NCBI GenBank assembly: GCA_051294905.1
Contig: CM119371.1
Location: 30,692,001 to 30,756,000 of the forward strand
Source: Botryllus schlosseri
Taxonomy: Eukaryota
Length of the DNA stretch: 64,000 nt
Direction of reading: 5' to 3'
Shown piece by piece: positions 21,136 through 35,800 of the stretch (the first letter of the stretch is position 1; the number at the start of each line of letters is the position of its first letter). Position numbers and translations under genes: made by a program. The notes under the pieces are model-generated. The model was not told the origin of the DNA, did no database searches, and saw nothing but the letters and a program-made list of their open reading frames with translations.

Positions 21136-24100
21136 CTTGAAACATGTTTTGAACAAATTGTTCTAGAACACTGTTTGTCTTAAATGCAACCGTAGGTCTA
21201 GGTTTTAGGTGGGAGTGTCCGTTACGGTTTGATCGGTACCGGGTCGGACATCCGATATCGGTCTGGCATAAGTTACGATGTCGCACTATAGTTTCGAAAC
21301 AATCTTAATTAATAACGTAGTCATTTCCGCGCTGAACGCTTTCCAATATAAGGTAGTGATGTATTGTCATTTAACGGTCAGCAGAAAGTTTATAATATTC
21401 AGTATCAAAAAAAGTTGGATTAATTATCATTTGATTATTTCAAAACGTAATGACGACAAGCAAAGTGTGTGCCACAGACAGGCATAGGTGTAACTGTAAA
21501 CCTATCTGCATTGTGCGCGACATGCAAATGAATGCATGAGTGTATCAGTTATAAATTTGCGGTTTCAGAGAGGCGGAGTTCGACTCGTTCCTGTCATACA
21601 GATCAACTGGTGTGTTATGAAGGAAGCAATTTTGTAACAATTTGATTTCCGTGTAATATGTTGATTTCTAAGATAAGTCGTTTTTCTTACAGGTTTCGCA
21701 ATGGATTTTTTCAATAAAGTGAACACTGGACCAGAAAATGATCGAACCCCATTCACAGACACGATTTTCCTGCATAACAACACAGTCGAAAAATTTTTAT
21801 CATTCAACAATTTCCAAATCAGTGCCGGCTCTGACAAATACAGACTGATCTTTTTCGGATACTCTGTGAAGGCAATCGACGATATATACTCGTACCACAT
21901 GAATCAGACTGAGAAGATTGTGCAATAATTATGATCTTCGAAATACGTCACAAACGGTTTTTATTTAGCGTTTTATTCATCAGGTACCTATTCGATTTGA
22001 ACCAAACTTACTCCTATATGTCCATTAAAATAGGCTTACCATATTTTGAGATAATGAAAAGAGTATCTTAAAGCTCCAAGAAAACTAGTGATTTTGAAAA
22101 ATTCTCGACCGATATTATTGTGTTGACTAAAAAAATAAGTCATACTTCGACTCGGATCTCGATTTTTTACGAAGTTCTGACGTTCGCCGCATCGGAGTCG
22201 CCTTTTTCGTGGCTTTTAAATCCCTTTTAGAAAAGACCGGGGCAAATTCTAAAAAAAGAGGACATTTAGGCGTCTTCCGAGGACACTTTCAATTTATAAT
22301 TTCCGATACATACATTCCGGAGCAGTTAACTGATGACGGTAATCGCACATGAGTGTCCGTAAATATGTTGGCTAGTGTATATAATGTGCGTCTATTGCCT
22401 AATAGTGGGGAATTTCCCACCGGTTAAGAACCACTAGCTTGAAACATGTTTTGAACAAATTGTTCTAGAACACTGTTTGTCTTAAATGCAACCGTAGGTC
22501 TAGGTTTTAGGTGGGAGTGTCCGTTACGGTTTGATCGGTACCGGGTCGGACATCCGATATCGGTCTGGCATAAGTTACGATGTCGCACTATAGTTTCGAA
22601 ACAATCTTAATTAATAACGTAGTCTTTTCCGCGCTGAATGCTTTCCAATATAAGGTAGTGATGTATTGTCATTTAACGGTCAGCAGAAAGTTTATAATAT
22701 TCAGTGTCAAAAAAAGTTGGATTAATTATCATTTGATTATTTCAAAACGCAATGACGACAAGCAAACTGTGTGCCACAGACAGGCATAGGTGTAACTGTA
22801 AACCTATCTGCATTGTGCGCGACATGCAAATGAATGCATGAGTGTATCAGTTATAAATTTGCCGTTTCAGAGAGGCGGAGTTCGACTCGTTCCTGTCATA
22901 CAGATCAACTGGTGTGTTATGAAGGAAGCAATTTTGTAACAATTTGATTTCCGTGTAATATATTGATTTCTAAGATGAGTCGTTTTTCTTACAGGTTTCG
23001 CAATGGATTTTCCCAATAAAGTGAACACTGGGCAAGAAAATGATCGAACCCCATTCACAGACACGATTTTCCTGCATAACAACACAGTCGAAAAATTCTT
23101 ATCATTCAACAATTTCCAAATCAGTGCCGGCTCTGACAAATACAGACTGATCTTTTTTGGATACTCCGTGAAGGCAATCGACGATATATACTTATACCAA
23201 ATGAATCGACTGAGAAGATTGTGCAATAATTATGATCTTCGAAATACGTCACAAACGGTTTTTATTCAGCGTTTTAATCATCATGTACCTATTCGATTTG
23301 AACCAACCTTACATTTTAAATATCTTTGACTAATTCGAATAACAATTCAACGATTACACAATGCTAATAATAATATTATTGTTGAGTATGCAGCAGAATA
23401 TGAGATGCATTACTAACCGCTTGTCCCGGTAGATATTGCTGCATACATTGCATCAGAGACAGCAGAGCTTTGATCTTGATTTTTTGCCGACATGGTATTA
23501 ATCACGTGATACTAAATTACTGGCGTATGATAATACTAAAAATAAACGGATAGGAAATACAAGATATGATGAATTTTTCTGTGAAACAGTTTGGGACAAT
23601 GGTTCCCAACTTTTCGGGCGTCGGAGCCGTAATTCAAATTTCAGAGTACGTTTGGAGCCACACGAATGCACTCATTAGGTAAAAAATTATAAAACATGAA
23701 ATCACGTACCAACGAATAGCAACACTAACAAGAAAAAATACACAAATCAATTTATTGTCCAACTTGGCATTGGCTTTGAGCTTCAAGAAGTGAGTCAAAG
23801 CGAGGCGTAATTGCAGAGAATGCAGTACGCAGTAGCTGCTTGAGGTGGTCATCGGCCAATCGAAATCGATTGCAATGGTGATTTTTTGATCCTGACCATT
23901 TTGCTAAAACGTGCTTCACATACATAAGTTGATAACAATGGAGAATCGTTTTTCAGTAAAATTGCTGATAAGTCTGTTGCATGCATCATATGATTCATTA
24001 GTTTGATGGTCAGACACCGTCGGAAAAAGTGTTGTAACACCACCTGCACTTAAGTTGGTGGTGAGCTGACTTAAATTTGATTGCCGATCCGAACGCATTT

Positions 24101-27100
24101 GAGTGTGAGTATACTTTTTGGTGCGAGTTTAGTAACGAAATCGTTGCTGAGTAGAGAATCGCTATTCGATAGCAGACGAATTGGTCTCCATAGCTAATTA
24201 TAAACTCCATACTCCATGCCAAGCAAGGATAATTTTTAAATATGATTTTTTTGTTATAAATTGATTTTTCAATATTTTTGTGGGGTTTCCAAGCGTCAAT
24301 GGGAGCCGCAAGAATGCCAGCTGGGAGACGCGGTTGGGAATCTCCGGTTTGGGACTAAGAGCTCCGATGTACATGCAATATATTTCAGAATTCTCTTGAG
24401 ATTACGATGTTGTACACAATCCTGTAAGCAGAAATACGAAACTCAGAGCATCCTCTGGTAGAAATGTAGCTACAGTTTTTCTGGCATTGTCATGCTTAAA
24501 TAAACATAAGAAATATTATTCAGCGAAACACAATCTTGCTTAAGTTGACCACAATAGAAAGCTGTGGTCACGTGCGTAAATCGCGTAACGTATAGCAAAT
24601 CCTGCTTGTAACTATAATTATCAAGTACAGGATGAATACGTTGTCGAAGGTTGTTCATGCCGACGCCGTGGCGATCGTAGAAATAAATTTTCAGGAAATG
24701 GTACATTGTTTTCATGGTTCTCCTCACCCGATTCGATGTAAAGACCTATCTGTTATTAGAATATTGCCAAATAGTTTAGTTCAGCAGTTAAATTACTTTT
24801 GCATAGAGATGTAGCTTCATCACAAAAAAGCCCAACATTGCAATATACGAGAAATTGAGGGCCGCCCTCCGTGTAACATAGGTAGTCTGTAACCGACATT
24901 ATGCAAAATATTTGTGTCTCACGTTAAATCACATCTCATATCAAACAAACTAGTTGTATGCAAATTGGTGTAATGAAAATTTCGATGGATTAATATCAGT
25001 GAATAACAATGAATACTTGGCGCTGCGAAGTTTTGTTTCGGTACATTATCGGAAGAGCTAATTTAAACCCAAGGTGAAAGCAAGCTATTTTCGTGAAATC
25101 TACGCTGAGACACATTTTCAAGTTTTGTATAAGCTTCTGAGGGTTCCGTTTGAAGATTTCATTGACAAAAAAAAATTGCTGCATAACTCTACACTACAGT
25201 ACTATTTTATCTCGCAAATTTGAAATAACATGAATTGATGCGGGCCATATTACTTTCATGCAGCTTTAGTTTGTTCACAAACCGGCCAATGCCGGTCTAT
25301 GTTCCTCAGAATAGCATATTTATTATCCAATCCAGCAGGCACTCTACCAACTCACCAGTGCTACTCCAAGTCGGTGTTATTATTATTATTATCATCATCA
25401 CACAACGACATGGGCGCTTATCGCCTGTTCAGGCCTTGTACGCCACGACAGTGCATTTCGTAAATTTCAATGTCATTGCTTTGGGTCTCGAATCTCGAGG
25501 ACGTCCTTTTCTTGCACGCGCACTCCTGTTCTTCATTCTCACTCGCATTCGTGCGTCCAATTTCTGGGATATGCTGCCGAGTTTAGAGCTTGGCTCACTC
25601 TTCCTCAGCGCGTTTAAAGACGCTGCGCTAACAGCGGGATCGGATTCCCAATATCTTATGCGGTTTCCTGCGTGACGCTCGGGTGCATAGGTCGGCATTT
25701 TGAATCGGTGTGGTGCGTGAATCAGTTTGCAATTGCTTCCGTAGTTAAAGTAAACTGGACGTTTCGCGAACTGAGCAATTTTGTTGCATCCGTTTGTATT
25801 GACTGTAAACATGCGACGAGCATAACATGTTTAGTCCGGATAAAATCTCCCTGAACTGCAATAATGACACTATGTCTTACTTCACATATAAACGTTGCAA
25901 CGTAAAGATAACGATCCACCAACACATCGATAAAATAGAACTTAAAGCCTACACCAGTGGAACACTCTTAGAAATATTTATATATTTACCCAAACTATAC
26001 CAGTAAATTTGTCCCGTCAGTTATATTAACGGTAAATTTCCGTTAAATTAGTATACAGGCACGTCAAAATTAATTTTACTTGTTTTTAGAGGGTGAAAAA
26101 TACGAATAAATTCGTAGATGCAATTTACGCGATAACCGGTATTCCAGATTTACTTTTGCGTCTGTAAAAGCAATTTTCTGATAATCTGTATTTCAGAATA
26201 ACATTTGCATACGTAAAAGCAATTTACTCTAATCAGTATTTGCAACATTGTGATTGGATTTACAATTCGATCATTTTACACGTTTACGGTCTTATTACGG
26301 GCATATATATGTGATTTTTGTTATTACATCATGCTTCAATCATCATGCAAATTACGACACCGAAGGCCGTGCTGAATGCTAATCAGTAAATAGCACTGTT
26401 GGTATCCTAACATTTGGGGATTGCAGATAGCATCGTCTATATCGCTTTATAAATAGTATCCCTTGAGACATCAAGGTATAGCAATGATAGCATGCCAAGC
26501 ATATTTAGTATATTACGTAGTTTTACTGCAGGAATGAGCTTTTGCGTAAGTATCTGCTGGGCCAGTTCTGCCACTATTGTAGCCACTTTAACGCAGTGGT
26601 TCCCAGCTTTTTTCCACTCACGTAATATCTCGAGGTTTTATGCAGAGCTCGCGTACCACCTGTATAAGTTACGCTTGCCGAAGGCGATTAAAAACGTTTT
26701 TTCAGCCTTTATGACGTCATAATCAAGTATGTTACCTATGCGAGGTGTAATAAGGCTGGTTCGCAACCTTTTTGTCTTCATTCTCCCCTTCAGATTTATT
26801 CAAGTGTTTTCATTCCTCGCTACCCGAAACTCCTATATGTCCATTAAAATAGGCTTACCATATTTTGAGATAATGAAAAGAGTATCCTAAAGCTCCAAGA
26901 AAACTAGTGATTTTGAAAAATTCTCGACCGATATTATTGTGTTGACTAAAAAAATAAGTCATAGTTCGACTCGGATCTCGATTTTTTACGAAGCTCTGAC
27001 GTTCGCCGCATCGGAGTCGCCTTTTTCGTGGCTTTTAAATCCCTTTTAGAAAAGACCGGGACAAATTCTAAAAAAAGAGGACATTTAGGCGTCTTCCGAG

Positions 27101-30100
27101 GACACTTTCAATTTATAATTTCCGATACATACATTCCGGAGCAGTTAACTGATGACGGTAATCGCACATGAGTGTCCGTAAATATGTTGGCTAGTGTATA
27201 TAATGTGCGTCTATTGCCTAATAGTGGGGAATTTCCCACCGATTAAGAACCACTAGCTTGAAACATGTTTTGAACAAATTGTTCTAGAACACTGTTTGTC
27301 TTAAATGCAACCGTAGGTCTAGGTTTTAGGTGGGAGTGTCCGTTACGGTTTGATCGGTACCGGGTCGGACATCCGATATCGGTCTGGCATAAGTTACGAT
27401 GTCGCACTATAGTTTCGAAACAATCTTAATTAATAACGTAGTCTTTTCCGCGCTGAACGCTTTCCAATATAAGGTAGTGATGTATTGTCATTTAACGGTC
27501 AGCAGAAAGTTTATAATATTCAGTATCAAAAAAAGTTGGATTAATAATCATTTGATTATTTCAAAACGCAATGACGACAAGCAAAGTGTGTGCCACAGAC
27601 AGGCATAGGTGTAACTGTAAACCTATCTGCATTGTGCGCGACATGCAAATGAATGCATGAGTGCATCAGTTATAAATTTGCGGTTTCAGAGAGGCGGAGT
27701 TCGACTCGTTCTTGTCATACAGATCAACTGGTGTGTTATGAAGGAAGCAATTTTGTAACAATTTGATTTCCGTGTAATATGTTGATTTCTAAGATGAGTC
27801 GTTTTTCTTACAGGTTTCGCAATGGATTTTTTCAATAAAGTGAACACTGGACCAGAAAATGATCGAACCCCATTCACAGACACGATTTTCCTGCATAACA
27901 ACACAGTCGAAAAATTTTTATCATTCAACAATTTCCAAATCAGTGCCGGCTCTGACAAATACAGACTGATCTTTTTCGGATACTCTGTGAAGGCAATCGA
28001 CGATATATACTCGTACCACATGAATCTGACTGAGAAGATTGTGCAATAATTATGATCTTCGAAATACGTCACAAACGGTTTTTATTTAGCGTTTTATTCA
28101 TCAGGTACCTATTCGATTTGAACCAAACTTACATTTTAAATATCTTTGACTAATTCGAATAACAATTCAACGATTACACAATGCTAATAATAATATTATT
28201 GTTGAGTATGCAGCAGAATATGAGATGCATTACTAACCGCTTGTCCCGGTAGATATTGCTGCATACATTGCATCAGAGACAGCAAAGCTTTGATCTTGAT
28301 TTTTTGCCGACATGGTATTAATCACGTGATACTAAATTACTGGCGTATGATAATACTAAAAATAAACGGATACGAAATACAAGATATGATGAATTTTTCT
28401 GTGAAACAGTTTGGGACAATGGTTCCCAACTTTTTGGGTGTCGGAGCCGCAATTCAAATTTCAGAGTACGTTTGGAGCCACACGAGTGCACTCATTAGGT
28501 AAAAAAATATAAAACATTAAAGCACGTACCAACGAATAGCAACACTAACAAGAAAAAATACACAAATCAATTTATTGCCCAACTTGGCATTGGCTTTGAG
28601 CTTCAAGAAGTGAGTCAAAGCGAAGCGTAATTGCAGAGAATGCAGTACGCAGTAGCTGCTTGAGGTGGTCATCGGCCAATCGATTGCAATGTTGATTTTT
28701 TGATTCTGACCATTTTGCTAAAACGTGCTTCACATACATAAGTTGATAACAATGGAGAATCGTTTTTCAGTAAAATTGCTGATAAGTCTGTTGCATGCAT
28801 CAAATGATTCATTGGTTTTATGGTCAGACACCGTCGGAAAAAGTGTTGTAACACCACCTGCACTTAAGTTGGTGGTGAGCTGACTTAAATTTGATTGCCG
28901 ATCCGAACGCATTTGAGTGTGAGTATACTTGTTGGTGCGAGTTTAGTAACGAAATCGTTGCTGAGTAGAGAATCGCTATTCGACAGCAGACGAATTGGTC
29001 TCCATAAGTAATTATAAACTCTATACTCCATGCCAAGCAAGGGTAATTTTTAGATATGATTTTATTTTGTTATAAATTGATTTTTCAATATTTTTGTGGG
29101 GTTTCCAAGCGTCAATGGGAGCCGCAAGAATGCCAGCTGGGAGACGCGGTTGGGAATCTCTGGTTCGGGACTAAGAGCTCCGATGTACATGCAATATATT
29201 TCCGAATTCTCTTGAGATTACGATGTTGTACACAATCCTGTAAGCAGAAATACGAAACTCAGAGCATCCTCTGGTAGAAATGTAGCTACAGTTTTTCTGG
29301 CATGGTCATGCTAAAATAAACATAAGAAATATTATTCAGCGAAACACAATCTTGCTTAAGTTGACCACAATAGAAAGCTGTGGTCACGTGCGTAAATCGC
29401 GTAACGTATAGCAAATCCTGCTTGTAAGTATAATTATCAAGTACAGGATGAATACGTTGTCGAAGGTTGTTCATGCCGACGCCGTGGCGATCGTAGAAAG
29501 ACATTTTCAGGAAATGCTACATTGTTTTCATGGTTCTCCTCACCCGATTCCATGTAAAGACCTATCTGTTATTAGAATATCGCCAAATAGTTTAGTTCAG
29601 CAGTTAAATTACTTTTGCATAGGCATGTAGCTTCATCACAAAAAAGCCCAACATAGCAATATACGAGAAATTGAGGGCCGCCCTCCGTGTAACATAGGTA
29701 GGCTGTAACCGACATTATGCAAAATATTTGTGTCTCACGTTAAATCACATCTCATATCAAACAAACTAGTTGCATGCAAATTGGTGTAATGAAAATTTCG
29801 ATGGATTAATATCAGTGAACAACAATGAATACTTGGCGCTGCGAAGTTTTGTTTCGGTACATTATCGAAAGAGCTAATTTAAACCCAAGGTGAAAGCAAG
29901 CTATTTTCGTGAAATCTACGCTGAGACACATTTTCAAGTTTTGTATAAGCTTCTGAGGGTTCCGTTTGAAGATTTAATTGACAAAAAAATTGCTGCATAA
30001 CTCTACACTACACTACTATTTTATCTCGCAAATTTGAAATAACATGAATTGATGCAGGCCATATTACCTTCATGCAGCTTTAGTTTGTTCACAAACCGGT

Positions 30101-31563
30101 CAATGACGGTCTATGTTCCTCAGAATAGCATATATATTATCCAATCTAGCAGGCACTCTACCAACTCACCAGTGCTACTCCAAGTCTGTGTTATTATTAT
30201 TATTATCATCACACAACGACAGGGGCGCTTATCGCCTGTTCAGGCCTTGTACGCCACGACAGAACATTTCGTAAATTTCAATGTCATTGCTTTGGGTCTC
30301 GAATCTCGAGGACGTCCTTTTCATGCACGCGCACTCCCGTTCTTCATTCTCACTCGCATTCGTGCGTCCAATTTCTGGGATCTGCTGCCGAGTTTAGAGC
30401 TTGGCTCACTCTTCCTCAGCGCGTTTAAAGACGCTGTGCTAACAGCGGGATCGGATTCCTAATATCTTATGCGGTTTCCTGCGTGACGCTCGGGTGCATA
30501 GGTCGGCATTTTGAATCGGTGTGGTGCGTGAATCAGTTTGCAATTGCTTCCGTAGTTAAAGTAAACTGGACGTTTCGCGAACTGAGCAATTTTGTTGCAT
30601 CCGTTTGTATTGACTGTCAACATGCGACGCGCATAACATGTTTAGTCCGGATAAAATCTCCCTGAACTGCAATAATGACAGTATGTCTTACTTCACATAT
30701 AAACGTTGCAACGTAAAGATAACGATCCACCAACACATCGATAAAATAGAACTTAAAGCCTACACCAGTGGAACACTCTTAGAAATATTTGTATATTTAC
30801 CGAATCTATACCAGTGAATTTGTCCCGTCAGTTATATTAACGGTAAATTCCCGTTAAATTAGTATACAGGCACGTCAAAATTAATTTTACTTCTTTTCAA
30901 AGGGTAAAAATTACGATTAAATTCGTAGATGCAATTTACGCGATAACCGGTATTCCAGATTTACTTTTGCGTCTGTAAAAGCAATTTTCTGATAATCTGT
31001 ATTTCAGAATAACATTTGCATACGTAAAAGCAATTTACTCTAATCAGTATTTGCAACATTGTGATTGAATTTACAATTCGATCATTTTACACGCTTACGG
31101 TCTTATTATGGGCATATACATGTGATTTTTGTCATTACATCATGCTTCAATCATCAAGCAAATTACGACACCGAAGGCCGTGCTGAATGCTAATCAGTAA
31201 ATAGCACTGTTGGTATCCTAACATTTGGGGATTGCAGATAGCATCGTCTATATCGCTTTATAAATAGTATCCCTTGAGACATCAAGGTATAGCAATGATA
31301 GCATGCCAAGCATATTTAGTATATTACGTAGTTTTACTGCAGGAATGAGCTTTTGCGTAAGTATCTGCTGGGCCAGTTCTGCCACTATTGTAGCCACTTT
31401 AACGCAGTGGTTCCCAGCTTTTTTCCACTCACGTAATATCTCGAGGTTTTATGCAGAGCTCGCGTACCACCTGTATAAGTTACGCTTGCCGAAGGCGATT
31501 AAAAACGATTTTTTCAGCCTTTATGACGTCATAATCAAGTATGTTACCTATGCGAGGTGTAAT

Positions 31564-32852
31564 TAGAGCCCGACCGATTATCGGCTCGCCGATAATATCG
31601 AGTCGATATCACGCTTGGAGAGAAATATCGGTATCGGCCATTGAAGGTAAAAAAATATCGGCCATTTTCGTGACGTCACAACATGGTGGCAGGGAGTCAG
31701 AGAAGTCGATTGGAGACGTGAGGACGGTAAATTATAAAAATAAATGGCCAAGCTGCATGTAGTGCATACTGCATACAGGGTAGTAGGCGTGCCTATCTGA
31801 AAAATATTACAGATAACTAACCACCGTTATGCCCCACTGACTTCATGGGATTCCCCCTGTAGTAATCGATCACCAAAGGCAGAGAGCAGCTGGATGGATA
31901 GTTGTCTGCAGAAGAGTTCGATCAATAAGAGAAATGAGAACTTCAATCATGCTGCACTGACCCTCGTGATGATAGAGGAAAGCGTCGCGTCGAAACATTT
32001 TTCTGAAGATAGTGCTATTGGTTCGGTACCAACAGCGCTAATTATACCAGTGTTGTATGAAGTCGTCTGACTGAGGCCTGCGGCCGGCTGCGGGGCCACC
32101 ATGATAGGAAATATGCGAGCATAGAGGTCAAGAAAATCAAGCAAACGTGGAGTAAAGCCAATAATTGATACGAAAATTATTTATTCCATGATGACATTGG
32201 CCAATTCTGACAGAAGAGCGTAAAATATTGATCAATTGATTGTTGAAGTGCTGGTCATGGTCAAGGCCCAAGGGGGATGGGTGGAGCAGTTGCAGACGTG
32301 GACAATTTGAGTTGTTTTGCATATTCTCTTCAGCTATTTGTTAATGATGTGCTGAAGGTTCCAGGTTCACTGCCAGAAGAATATCAATATTAATATCAAT
32401 ATTTGGTGAAACCATTGAAGGAAAGATCCCCTGCAAGGGAGCGGTGGAACCGAAATGAAGAAAGATTTCCAATTCTTGCTGTGCCACTAACTATGGTACC
32501 AAGTGAAAGACTGCTCACTGTGTTTAGTACTATATACATCATTTATGGAAGACCACAGAAGTTCACTCCTTGGAGAAAGGGCCGAGAAATTGTGCTTCAT
32601 GAACTGTAATCTGCAACTGCTGGATTGGTGCTTTTGATATATTTTTATAGCCCCTAGATCATTTTTTTCATGTTCAAGCATATCAATGGCTGTAAAGTTG
32701 TTGAAATAAATGCTCTAAGGTGTTAAATATGGGCCTTGAGCTAGATTCCATATCTTTTGAATATCGGCTGAATATATCGGTGTTATCGGTGGAGGTACTG
32801 GATATCGGTCTTATCGGTATCGGCTCAGAAATCCAATATCGGTCGGGCTCTA
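31564..32852 (+). mobile_element. Internally deleted hAT (Ac/ZBED-like) element inserted only in tandem unit 3
   Basis: TIR TAGAGCCCGACCGAT / ATCGGTCGGGCTCTA; perfect 8-bp TSD GGTGTAAT; ATATCGG subterminal repeats; dimerisation-domain remnant WNRNEERFPILA...VPSERL at ~32440-32610; the other units have the empty site. Confidence 0.92.
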
Positions 32853-35800
32853 GGTGTAATAAGGTTGGTTCGCAACCTTTTTGTCTTCATTCTCCCGTTC
32901 AGATTTATTCAAGAGTTTTCATTCCTCGCTACCCGAAACTCCTATATGTCCATTAAAATAGGCTTACCATATTTTGAGATAATGAAAAGAGTATCTTAAA
33001 GCTCCAAGAAAACTAGTGATTTTGAAAAATTCTCGACCGATATTATTGTGTTGACTAAAAAAATAAGTCATACTTCGACTCGGATCTCGATTTTTTACGA
33101 AGCTCTGACGTTCGCCGCATCGGAGTCGCCTTTTTCGTGGCTTTTAAATCCCTTTCAGAAAAGACCGGGACAAATTCTAAAAAAAGAGGACATTTTGGCG
33201 TCTTCCGAGGAAACTTTCAATTTATAATTTCCGATACATACATTCCGGAGCAGTTAACTGATGACGGTAATCGCACATGAGTGTCCGTAAATATGTTGGC
33301 TAGTGTATATAATGTGCGTCTATTGCCTAATAGTGGGGAATTTCCCACCGGTTATGAACCACTAGCTTGAAACATGTTTTGAACAAATTGTTCTAGAACA
33401 CTGTTTGTCTTAAATGCAACCGTAGGTCTAGGTTTTAGGTGGGAGTGTCCGTTACGGTTTGATCGGTACCGGGTCGGACATTCGATATCGGTCTGGCATA
33501 AGTTACGATGTCGCATTATAGTTTCGAAACAATCTTAATTAATAACGTAGTCTTTTCCGCGCTGAATGCTTTCCAATATAAGGTAGTGATGTATTCTCAT
33601 TTAACGGTCAGCAGAAAGTTTATAATATTCAGTGTCAAAAAAAGTTGGATTAATTATCATTTGATTATTTCAAAACGCAATGACGACAAGCAAAGTGTGT
33701 GCCACAGACAGGCATAGGTGTAACTGTAAACCTATCTGCATTGTGCGCGACATGCAAATGAATGCATGAGTATATCAGTTATAAATTTGCGGTTCCAGAG
33801 AGGCGGAGTTCGACTCGTTCCTGTCATACAGATCAACTGGTGCGTTATGAAGGAAGCAATTTTGTAACAATTTGATTTCCGTGTAATATATTGATTTCTA
33901 AGATGAGTCGTTTTTCTTACAGGTTTCGCAATGGATTTTCCCAATAAAGTGAACACTGGACCAGAAAATGATCGAACCCCATTCACAGACACGATTTTCC
34001 CGCATAATAACACAGTCGAAAAATTCTTATCATTCAACAATTTCCAAATCAGTGCCGGCTCTGACAAATACAGACTGATCTTTTTCGGATACTCCGTGAA
34101 GGCAATCGACGATATATACTCATACCACATGAATCGACTGAGAAGATTGTGCAATAATTATGATCTTCGAAATACGTCACAAACGGTTTTTATTTAGCGT
34201 TTTAATCATCAGGTACCTATTCGATTTGAACCAACCTTACATTTTAAATATCTTTGACTAATTCGAATAACAATTCAACGATTACACATTGCGAGGCGTA
34301 ATTGCAGAGAATGCAGTACGCAGTAGCTGCTTGAGGTGGTCATCGGCCAATCGATTGCAATGTTGATTTTTTGATTCTGACCATTTTGCTAAAACGTGCT
34401 TCACATACATAAGTTGATAACAATGGAGAATCGTTTTTCAGTAAAATTGCTGATAAGTCTGTTGCATGCATCAAATGATTCATTGGTTTGATGGTCAGAC
34501 ACCGTCGGAAAAAGTGTTGTAACACCACCTGCACTTAAGTTGGTGGTGAGCTGACTTAAATTTGATTGCCGATCCGAACGCATTTGAGTGTGAGTATACT
34601 TGTTGGTGCGAGTTTAGTAACGAAATCGTTGCTGAGTAGAAAATCGCTATTCGACAGCAGACGAATTGGTCTCCATAGGTAATTATAAACTCTATACTCC
34701 ATGCCAAGCAAGGGTAATTTTTAGATATGATTTTATTTTGTTATAAATTGATTTTTCAATATTTTTGTGGGGTTTCCAAGCGTCAATGGGAGCCGCAAGA
34801 ATGCCAGCTGGGAGACGCGGTTGGGAATCTCTGGTTCGGGACTAAGAGCTCCGATGTACATGCAATATATTTCCGAATTCTCTTGAGATTACGATGTTGT
34901 ACACAATCCTGTAAGCAGAAATACGAAACTCAGAGCATCCTCTGGTAGAAATGTAGCTACAGTTTTTCTGGCATGGTCATGCTAAAATAAACATAAGAAA
35001 TATTATTCAGCGAAACACAATCTTGCTTAAGTTGACCACAATAGAAAGCTGTGGTCACGTGCGTAAATCGCGTAACGTATAGCAAATCCTGCTTGTAAGT
35101 ATAATTATCAAGTACAGGATGAATACGTTGTCGAAGGTTGTTCATGCCGACGCCGTGGCGATCGTAGAAAGACATTTTCAGGAAATGCTACATTGTTTTC
35201 ATGGTTCTCCTCACCCGATTCCATGTAAAGACCTATCTGTTATTAGAATATCGCCAAATAGTTTAGTTCAGCAGTTAAATTACTTTTGCATAGGCATGTA
35301 GCTTCATCACAAAAAAGCCCAACATAGCAATATACGAGAAATTGAGGGCCGCCCTCCGTGTAACATAGGTAGGCTGTAACCGACATTATGCAAAATATTT
35401 GTGTCTCACGTTAAATCACATCTCATATCAAACAAACTAGTTGCATGCAAATTGGTGTAATGAAAATTTCGATGGATTAATATCAGTGAACAACAATGAA
35501 TACTTGGCGCTGCGAAGTTTTGTTTCGGTACATTATCGAAAGAGCTAATTTAAACCCAAGGTGAAAGCAAGCTATTTTCGTGAAATCTACGCTGAGACAC
35601 ATTTTCAAGTTTTGTATAAGCTTCTGAGGGTTCCGTTTGAAGATTTAATTGACAAAAAAATTGCTGCATAACTCTACACTACAGTACTATTTTATCTCGC
35701 AAATTTGAAATAACATGAATTGATGCAGGCCATATTACCTTCATGCAGCTTTAGTTTGTTCACAAACCGGTCAATGACGGTCTATGTTCCTCAGAATAGC

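Larger units (their letters stand above)
18290..21928 (+). pseudogene. Decayed fibrinogen-related domain (FReD) gene, repeated in each tandem unit
   Basis: Exon 21693-21900 after cttacag| reads FNNFQISAGSDKYRLIFFGYSVKAIDDIYSYH, like the FReD motif F.I..E.DKYRL...GYSG.AGD.L.YH. Upstream remnants occur in the expected order: S*DYDVVH...SSG (PRDC...SG), G*I (GW), RRGD...RKW...HG (QRR.DG...R.W..Y..GF). Stops and frameshifts are present and the C-terminal half is missing. Confidence 0.6.
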
